Positions 57,180 to 64,000 of a DNA stretch of 64,000 nucleotides are shown here, piece by piece. Where the stretch lies: assembly GCA_016704655.1 (NCBI GenBank), contig JADIZR010000007.1, positions 1,348-65,347 of the forward strand, read 5' to 3'. Position 1 is the stretch's first letter, and the number at the start of each line of letters is the position of its first letter. Below the pieces are notes generated by a model. It ran no database searches, was not told the origin of the DNA, and saw only the letters and a program-made list of their open reading frames with translations. A program made the position numbers and the translations under genes. The stretch comes from Pseudomonadota bacterium (GTDB taxonomy: Bacteria > Pseudomonadota > Gammaproteobacteria > Steroidobacterales > Steroidobacteraceae).

Positions 57180-58724
57180 ATGAACGGCGCCCAGTCCCTG
57201 CTGCAGACCCTGGTCAATTGCGAAGTCGAGGTCTGCTTCGGCAACCCCGGCACTTCGGAGATGCATTTCGTCGCCGCGCTCGACTCGGTGCCGCAGATGC
57301 GGTCCGTGCTGTGCCTGTTCGAAGGCGTGGTGACTGGCGCAGCCGACGGCTACGGGCGAGTCGCCGGCAAGCCGGCCGCGACGCTGCTGCACCTGGGGCC
57401 CGGCCTTGCCAATGGCCTCGCGAACCTGCACAACGCGCGTCGCGCCAGCACGCCGCTCGTGAACATCGTCGGCGATCACGCCACCTATCACCTGCAGTAC
57501 GACGCGCCATTGACGTCCGACATCGTCGGCTTTGCGCGCCCGGTGTCCTCCTGGATTCACGAATCGAAGAGTGCTGACGGCGTCGCGTCGGATGCGGCGC
57601 GGGCGGTCCAGGCTGCCCGCTCGGCGCCCGGTGGCGTGTCCACGCTGATTCTCCCGGCCGACACCGCCTGGAACGAAGCTCAGCGCGCCGAGCAGAAGCT
57701 GCCGGACCTGCTGCCCACACCCGTCAGTTCGGCTGCCGTCGATGCCGCAGCCAGGCTGCTGTCGAATGGCAGGAAAACCGCGCTGCTGTTACGCGGTGCG
57801 TCGCTCTACGGCGCGGGCCTCGAGGCCGCCGGTCGCGTGCAGGCAAAGACAGGCGCGCGATTGCTGTGCGACACGTTCGCGCCGCATGCCGAACTCGGCG
57901 CAGGTCGCGTTCCAGTCGAACGCATTCCCTACTTCGCGGAACAGATCGTCGACTTCCTGAAGGACTTCGAGCAGATCATCTTCGTCGGCGCCAAGCCGCC
58001 GGTGTCCTTCTTCGCGTATCCCGGCAAGCCGAGCTGGTGTGCGCCCGAAGGTTCGCACCTCTGTTACCTTGCTCACGCTCACCAGGACGGCGCCCAGGCC
58101 CTCGCTGCGCTGGCCGACTCGCTGGGTGCTCCTGCGCGCTCACCGGTGCGGATTCCGCTGCAATTGCCGGAACTGCCGAACGGCCCGTTGACCGCTCTCG
58201 GCGTGGCGCAGGTGATTGCCGCGATGACGCCCGACAACGTCATCTTTGCCGATGAATCAGCAACCGCATCGTTCGCGTTGCTCACGACGATGGCGCGGGC
58301 CCGGCCACACACGCACCTGCCCCTGACCGGCGGGTCGATCGGCCAGGGCCTGCCGCTCGCCGTTGGCGCGGCCATCGCTGCGCCGGACCGCAAGGTGATC
58401 TGTCCGCATGGCGACGGCGGCGCGGCCTATACGATGCAGGCGTTGTGGACGATGGCGCGCGAGAAGCTCGACGTCGTGATAGTGATCTACGCCAACCGCT
58501 CGTACGCGATCCTCAACATCGAACTCGGGCGCGTCGGTGCGATCGGCAGCGGTCCGGTCGCGATGTCGATGCTCGACCTGCACAACCCGGAAATGAACTG
58601 GACGAAGATCGCGGAAGGCCTCGGCGTCGAGGCCAGCCGTTCAACGACGTGCGAGGAGTTTGCGGCGCAGTACTCGTCGGCGCTCAAGCACCGTGGCCCA
58701 CGCCTGATAGAGGCGATGATCTGA
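57180..58724 (+). CDS. thiamine-diphosphate-dependent enzyme (acetolactate synthase large-subunit-like)
   Basis: FGNPGTSEMHF...GAADGYGR N-terminal PYR domain and GSIGQGLP...GDGGAAYT PP domain. Confidence 0.8.
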   Translation: MNGAQSLLQTLVNCEVEVCFGNPGTSEMHFVAALDSVPQMRSVLCLFEGVVTGAADGYGRVAGKPAATLLHLGPGLANGLANLHNARRASTPLVNIVGDHATYHLQYDAPLTSDIVGFARPVSSWIHESKSADGVASDAARAVQAARSAPGGVSTLILPADTAWNEAQRAEQKLPDLLPTPVSSAAVDAAARLLSNGRKTALLLRGASLYGAGLEAAGRVQAKTGARLLCDTFAPHAELGAGRVPVERIPYFAEQIVDFLKDFEQIIFVGAKPPVSFFAYPGKPSWCAPEGSHLCYLAHAHQDGAQALAALADSLGAPARSPVRIPLQLPELPNGPLTALGVAQVIAAMTPDNVIFADESATASFALLTTMARARPHTHLPLTGGSIGQGLPLAVGAAIAAPDRKVICPHGDGGAAYTMQALWTMAREKLDVVIVIYANRSYAILNIELGRVGAIGSGPVAMSMLDLHNPEMNWTKIAEGLGVEASRSTTCEEFAAQYSSALKHRGPRLIEAMI

Positions 58725-58736
58725 TACCGATACGCG

Positions 58737-59615
58737 TCAGGTCCGCCGCAGCATCAGGACGTTGCCGCCCACGGCGAGCGCCGCGCCCACGAACGTAAGA
58801 GCGTCCGGGCGGAACCCCTCGAAGGCCATCGACACCACGAGCGCAAGGAGGGGGGTCATGACGCCGATAGTGCCCGTGGGACCCGGGCCAATTCGCTCCT
58901 GCAGGGTGAGAAAGCAGGCAAACGTCAGCACCGACCCGGCCAGGGCGAGGTAGAACAGGGCCAGCCACCACGAGGCGATGGCCGGTGGAACAAAGCTCTG
59001 GCCCTGCAGCAATGCAAGCAACGCCGACACGGCGGCTCCGTAGAGCATGCCGAACCCGAGCGCCGGCCAGAACGGCAGGCCGCGAGCACGGTTGCGACTG
59101 GCCGTCAGGCTGCCGACCGTCGACAGCAAGACGGAGCCCACCGTGAACAGCGCACCGAGCAGAGCGTTCCGATCGCCAGTGGCCTTACCGAACTCAGGCC
59201 AGAAGATCAGCGCGACGCCGGCGATGCCGAGCCAGCCGCCAAGGATGAAGCGCGGCCGCAGGTTGACGCCGAAAAGCGCGCGAGCCCCGAGGCCTGCCAC
59301 CAGCGGGGAAGCCGAGTAGCCCACTGCGACCAGCCCCGACACGAGGTGTTGCTCCGCGTGGTAGACGCAGACGTACGACACGCCGTACATGAAGCCACCC
59401 TGCAACGCGAAAATCGCGTGCTGGGCTGGCGTGAAGCGCAGGTCCTCCTGTCGCAACACGCACAGGACCAGGATCACCGCTCCGGCCAGCGCGAAGCGCA
59501 TCGCCACCCCGACCTCGGGCGCGGTGTGCCCGATCTGGAACGTGATTGCGAACCAGGTCGTGCCCCAGGTGAGCACGCAGATCGCAAACAGCTGCCAGTT
59601 CTTGAGTCGGTGCAT
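58737..59615 (-). CDS. DMT/EamA family transporter
   Basis: Start at MHRLKNWQLFAICVLTWGTTWFAI; ten hydrophobic segments. The upstream 147 aa of ORF 58737..60056 are not protein-like. Confidence 0.8.
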   Translation of the reverse strand: MHRLKNWQLFAICVLTWGTTWFAITFQIGHTAPEVGVAMRFALAGAVILVLCVLRQEDLRFTPAQHAIFALQGGFMYGVSYVCVYHAEQHLVSGLVAVGYSASPLVAGLGARALFGVNLRPRFILGGWLGIAGVALIFWPEFGKATGDRNALLGALFTVGSVLLSTVGSLTASRNRARGLPFWPALGFGMLYGAAVSALLALLQGQSFVPPAIASWWLALFYLALAGSVLTFACFLTLQERIGPGPTGTIGVMTPLLALVVSMAFEGFRPDALTFVGAALAVGGNVLMLRRT

Positions 59616-59959
59616 CGTGCTGAATGCGCCGCATGAGACGCATCGGGATTGCTTGAATTCTAGCGGAATTTCGCCCGCCGCGCCGGGGGAAACGGCGACC
59701 GCGGCGACGCGGCTGGCAGCCGGTCCCCACGCCGCTCGGGTCCGGCCTGTGGGCGTCGTGCTCGATACCTTCCGCAACCCGCTAGCCTTGCGCTCACCCC
59801 GCAGGGGCCCGGGCGGACTTTTCTGACGAAACCAGAGACAGGAATGACAAGCCGCGGTCACGGCATCGCCGGTCGCTTGCTCGCTCGGTCCGCGACAGCC
59901 AGGTGACGCAGGTAGCTCGGGGGTTGGCGGGGCGGGCCGGCCCGAACCATGAACTGACG

Positions 59960-62275
59960 ATGTCACTTTTCTCACGCCTGTTTGGTAAGCCATCGCCCAC
60001 GGCAGAGCCGCCGGCGGACAGCGAGCGCGATACCCGAGTTGTATCGCCACCCCCACCTGACCCTTCCGTGCGCACCCGCGAAGAAGAAGCGAGTCTGTCG
60101 CAAGCCATCGCCGCCGGTGACACGGCCGCGATCGGCAAGTGGGTACTCGAGGGAAGCTCGACGCGAATCCGCCAGCTGGCGGCGCGAAGCGTCACGGATC
60201 CGGACCAGCTGCGGGAACTGATCCCCGCCACGCGCCACGGGAAAGACAAGAACGTCCATCGGATTCTCACCGCCCGGCGCGATGACCTGCTCGCCGAGAT
60301 TCGCAGTACCCAGCAGCTGCAGGCGGATCTGGACGAAGCTGCCGCGGCCATCGCCCGACACTGCGGGCGCCCGTACGATGCGTCGTTCCCGACGACTCTC
60401 GCACAGCTCGAGGCCCGGTGGCGTGCGCTCGAGCCCCAGGCGAAGCCGGACCTGCGCAACGAAGTAACCCAGCACCTGCAACGTGCGCACGAAGTCGTCG
60501 TACAGCACCGCCAGGCGCTCGAAGCGGAAGCCGCGAGACAGCGGGCCGCCGCGGTCGCCGCTGCCGAGGCGCAGCGTCAGCGGGAAATCGAAGCGCAGGC
60601 GGCAGCAGCGGCGGCAACCGAGCAGGCCCAGAGAAGCGATGCCGAACGCGAGGCCTTGCGCGAGGCCGAACAGGCGCAACGAGCCGCAGACGAAGCCAGG
60701 ACACACGAAATCCTGGGGCTGCTGCGACAGGCACGGGCGGCGCTCGATCACGGCGGGACGGCACGCGCTGCCCGGCTGCGCGCCTCGATCGCGGAAAAAC
60801 TGCCTGAGGCCCCTGCCCTGCCCGCGTGGTTTGCACGGCAGCTGCAACAGGTCGACTCGCAGCTTGCCGAGCTGCAGGACTGGAAGACCTTCAGGGTCGT
60901 GCCGAAGCGGGCCGAGCTGGTGCAGCAGATGCAGTCGCTGGTCGGCGCCGATCTGTCGCCCGAGGAACTCGCGCAGCAGATCCGTCGGTTGCGCGACGAA
61001 TGGCGGACTCTAAACCGGGGCACGGGCGAGGATCCCGCGGACGAGTTGCAGCAGTTCCAGCAGGCAGCAGACCGCGCCTACGAACCCTGTCGCGAGCACT
61101 TCGCCCGGCAAGCCGAGTTGCGCAAGGAAAACCAGGAACGGCGCGAAGCATTGATCGAACGGCTGACGACGTTTGCTGCGGAGCAGGCGGGCGAGCACCC
61201 GAACTGGCGCGCGATCAACCAGGCCATCGTCGAGTCGCGGCGCGAGTGGCGTCACTACGCGCCGGTGGACCAGGCGATCGTGAAGCCGCTGCAGGCGCGT
61301 TTTCATGCGCTGGTCGACGAGCTGCAGGCGCGCCTCGATGCCGAGTACGCGCGCAACGTGCAGACCAGGCGTGACCTGATCGCCCGTACAGCAGAGCTCC
61401 TCAACCTCGAGGACACGCGCAAAGCCATCGACGAAACCAGGAACCTGCAGCGAACCTGGAAATCCGTCGGCATCGTTCCGCGCAACCTGGACAACGCGCT
61501 CTGGGACGAATTCCGGCAGCAGTGCGACGCTGTCTTTCAGCGCAGCTCACAGGAAGCGGCGGCGTACGCGGTCACCCTCGAAACCAACCAGGCGCTGGCG
61601 ACCGGCGTGTGCGAAGAGCTGGAGCGGATTGCCGGGCTGACCGACGAGTCGTTGCTGTCCGCCGTGCCGCAACTGGACGAGCTGTGCGCAAAATTCGAGT
61701 CGCTGGACCTGCCGCGAGCGTCCGCGCGTGCCTTGCAGCAACGGTTTTCGCACGCGACCGACCTTTGTGCCGAAGCCGTGCACAGGACTCGCGGGACGGC
61801 AGCGCGCCGTGGCTGGACCGATGGATTTGCGGTCGCCGCCCGGATCCGCGAGTACGCCCTTGCAGCCGTACGGGGTCGGTCGCCCACCGAGTGCGAGGCA
61901 CTGCGGGAGTCCGCCACATCTGCGGTCGCCAACCTCGCCCATGCTCCCAAGGCAGTGCGCAGCATTCTCGAGCAACGGCTCGCAGCCGTCGCCGCCGGTA
62001 CAGTCAACCCGGACGTTGCCGCGAACGAGGCGGCGTTGCGGCTGCTGTGCATCCGCGCGGAGTTGATTTCGGGTGCACCCACCCCGCCGGAGGATCTGGA
62101 ATTGCGGCGTGAATACCAGATGCGACGCCTCGTCGAGTCGATGGGGCATGGTGAACGCGTCACGCCGGCTGCGCTCGACGATCTCGCGCTCGAATGGATC
62201 GCGATCGGGCCGGTCGAGCCGGCTGTCCACGACGCATTGCTGGCCCGCTTCGAGCGCTGTCGCACCGCCAGATGA
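59960..62275 (+). CDS. DUF349 repeat protein
   Basis: Start MSLFSRLFGK. Recurrent helical repeats with the signature ...LQRTWKSVGIVPRNLDNALWDEFRQQCDAVFQR. Confidence 0.75.
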   Translation: MSLFSRLFGKPSPTAEPPADSERDTRVVSPPPPDPSVRTREEEASLSQAIAAGDTAAIGKWVLEGSSTRIRQLAARSVTDPDQLRELIPATRHGKDKNVHRILTARRDDLLAEIRSTQQLQADLDEAAAAIARHCGRPYDASFPTTLAQLEARWRALEPQAKPDLRNEVTQHLQRAHEVVVQHRQALEAEAARQRAAAVAAAEAQRQREIEAQAAAAAATEQAQRSDAEREALREAEQAQRAADEARTHEILGLLRQARAALDHGGTARAARLRASIAEKLPEAPALPAWFARQLQQVDSQLAELQDWKTFRVVPKRAELVQQMQSLVGADLSPEELAQQIRRLRDEWRTLNRGTGEDPADELQQFQQAADRAYEPCREHFARQAELRKENQERREALIERLTTFAAEQAGEHPNWRAINQAIVESRREWRHYAPVDQAIVKPLQARFHALVDELQARLDAEYARNVQTRRDLIARTAELLNLEDTRKAIDETRNLQRTWKSVGIVPRNLDNALWDEFRQQCDAVFQRSSQEAAAYAVTLETNQALATGVCEELERIAGLTDESLLSAVPQLDELCAKFESLDLPRASARALQQRFSHATDLCAEAVHRTRGTAARRGWTDGFAVAARIREYALAAVRGRSPTECEALRESATSAVANLAHAPKAVRSILEQRLAAVAAGTVNPDVAANEAALRLLCIRAELISGAPTPPEDLELRREYQMRRLVESMGHGERVTPAALDDLALEWIAIGPVEPAVHDALLARFERCRTAR

Positions 62276-62973
62276 CCATCGACTACGAACCCATCACGCC
62301 GCCGGGCAGACTCGACGCACTGCAGGAACTGCGGCTGCCGGTCGACATGCTGCGATGGGCGCCGTCCTTGCTGACGATGAAGGCCCGACGCACCGTGCAT
62401 CCGCGCACTGCCATTCTGCTTCCCGGCTTCGGCGCGGGACCGCGGTCGATGCGCGTCATGGAATCGTTCCTGCGCCGTCGCGGCCATCGCGTCCGTGACT
62501 GGGGGCTGGGCGTGAACAACGGCGATGCCCGGAAATTCCGCGTGCAGCTGGAGAGCATCGTCGGGGAATCCATCGCTGCGTACGGCGAGCCCGTCGTTCT
62601 GGTCGGCTGGAGTCTGGGCGGCTACATCGCCCGCGAGTACGCGCGGGAGCATCCGGAAGGCGTGCGCAGGATCGTCACGCTCGGCAGCCCGGTGATCGGA
62701 GGCCCGCGCTATACGGCCACATCCGAGTGGTATCGGTCACGGGGTCACGACCTCGAAGAGATGGAGCGGGCCGTCAAGCGCCGTTACGCGACACCGTTGC
62801 GCGTGCCGGTCACCGCGATCTACTCGAAGCGCGACGGCATCGTGGCGTGGCAGGCCTGCATCGACAAATGGTCGCCAGACGTGCGCCACATCGAAGTCAG
62901 CGAGACGCATGTCGGCCTGGGCTTCTCGCCCCGCGTACTGGGGCTGGTCGCGGACGAGATCGCGCGGGACTGA
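62272..62973 (+). CDS. alpha/beta hydrolase (lipase-like)
   Basis: ATGA overlap with the DUF349 gene. Contains LLPGFGAGPRSM and the nucleophile elbow LVGWSLGGYIA. Confidence 0.7.
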   Translation: MTIDYEPITPPGRLDALQELRLPVDMLRWAPSLLTMKARRTVHPRTAILLPGFGAGPRSMRVMESFLRRRGHRVRDWGLGVNNGDARKFRVQLESIVGESIAAYGEPVVLVGWSLGGYIAREYAREHPEGVRRIVTLGSPVIGGPRYTATSEWYRSRGHDLEEMERAVKRRYATPLRVPVTAIYSKRDGIVAWQACIDKWSPDVRHIEVSETHVGLGFSPRVLGLVADEIARD

Positions 62974-63018
62974 ACTCGTCCCGCTCGCGCCGCCTGGCGC
63001 GAATGCTAGGATCACCGC

Positions 63019-64000
63019 ATGAACAGGACACCGAACGTACTGGTCATCATGTACGACCAGTTGACCCCGGCAGCACTCGGATGCTATGGCAGCCGCGTCA
63101 CGCAGTCTCCGCACATCGATCGCCTCGCCGCGGCAGGCGTGGTGTTCGACGCTGCATACACCAACAGCCCTCTGTGCACACCGGCGCGGTACTGCCTGAT
63201 GACGGGGCAGCTGCCTTCGTCCACCCGCGGCTACGACAATGCCGCCTATCTCGCCAGCACGATCCCGACGTTTGCGCACTACGCCCGCGCCGCGGGCTAT
63301 CGCACCGTGCTCTCCGGCAAGATGCATTTCGTCGGCCCCGACCAGCTGCATGGCTTCGAGGAACGTCGCACGACGGACATCTATCCGGCGGACTTCGGCT
63401 GGACGCCGGACTGGCGCAGGCCCGACCAGCGCATCGACTGGTGGTATCACAACATGGAGAGTGTCGTCGGCGCCGGCGTGGCTGAAGTCACGAACCAGCT
63501 GCTGTTCGACGACGAAGTCGGCTTCCACGCCGTGCGCGCACTGCACGATGCAGCCCGCGCCGATGATCGGCGTCCCTTCCTGCACGTCGCCAGTTTCACG
63601 CACCCGCACGATCCGTACGTGACGCGGCAGGAATACTGGGACCGCTATGAGGGCGTCGACATCCCGCTGCCCGAGGTGTCTGCGGCAGACGTGGTCACTG
63701 ACCCGCACACGCTGCGTCTGCGCACGGCGTGTGACATGGAACGCACGCCAATCAACGATGCCGACGTGCGTCGTGCGCGTCGAGCTTACCTCGGCAACGT
63801 CTCGTACGTCGACGACTGGACTGGCCGGCTGCTGCAGACGCTCGAGTCGCTCGGACTGGAGGACGATACGGTCGTCATCCTGCTCGCCGATCACGGCGAC
63901 ATGCTGGGCGAGCGGGGGCTCTGGTACAAAATGAACTTCTTCGAGGCGTCCGCGCGCATCCCGTTGATCGTGCACGCTCCCGCTCGCTTCCGCGCACGCC
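63019..64000 (+). CDS. betC: choline-sulfatase-type sulfatase, 3' end outside the window
   Basis: My own translation gives MNRTPNVLVIMYDQLTPAALGCYGSRVTQSPHIDRLAAAGVVFDAAYTNSPLCTPARYCLMTGQLPSSTRGYDNAAYL... and later DHGDMLGERGLWYKMNFFEASARIPLIVHAP. It is absent from the ORF track because it has no stop in the window. Confidence 0.8.
   Translation, partial: MNRTPNVLVIMYDQLTPAALGCYGSRVTQSPHIDRLAAAGVVFDAAYTNSPLCTPARYCLMTGQLPSSTRGYDNAAYLASTIPTFAHYARAAGYRTVLSGKMHFVGPDQLHGFEERRTTDIYPADFGWTPDWRRPDQRIDWWYHNMESVVGAGVAEVTNQLLFDDEVGFHAVRALHDAARADDRRPFLHVASFTHPHDPYVTRQEYWDRYEGVDIPLPEVSAADVVTDPHTLRLRTACDMERTPINDADVRRARRAYLGNVSYVDDWTGRLLQTLESLGLEDDTVVILLADHGDMLGERGLWYKMNFFEASARIPLIVHAPARFRAR

Noticed and set aside
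1-64000. Search for tRNA/rRNA genes, IS elements, integrases, phage genes, and defence or toxin modules
   Set aside because: No T-loop (GGTTCGAATCC-like) motif occurs in any intergenic region. I recognised no transposase, integrase or recombinase motifs in any frame. The window looks like stable chromosome apart from the point lesions noted.

Overview
High-GC (~67%) proteobacterial chromosomal segment with about 60 genes. I found no rRNA, tRNA, CRISPR array, transposase or integrase. Most of it is ordinary accessory metabolism: three sulfatases with a LysR regulator, phhA, a PLD-family lipoprotein, TerC, MscS, an arsR-arsC-acr3 operon, zwf/gnd, cydAB, a desaturase/LpxD-like pair, and several hydrolases and DUF proteins. 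It is unusually rich in redox proteins. The main result is a tightly packed six-gene operon at 27257-36560. It encodes a CcmI-like TPR protein, a membrane protein with two His-x13-His pairs, a 21-haem cytochrome (7 triheme modules), a 1046-aa cytochrome with 41 CXXCH sites in ~46-aa tandem repeats, a SPOR-TPR-beta-barrel outer-membrane protein and a lipoprotein. It is transcribed divergently from a membrane-anchored 2x[4Fe-4S]/FAD oxidoreductase and a periplasmic Sel1/ankyrin protein. I read this as a candidate trans-envelope electron conduit; this is inference and is not proven here. Two other oddities stand out. The ~500 bp region upstream of cydA is extremely GC-rich and full of G/C homopolymers (G11, G9, C13, C16). 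At least five single-base frameshifts (most at short homopolymer runs) and three in-frame TAG codons interrupt otherwise recognisable genes. That points to an error-prone assembly, real pseudogenisation, or both. All product calls come from motifs I recognise in the translations; no database search was run.
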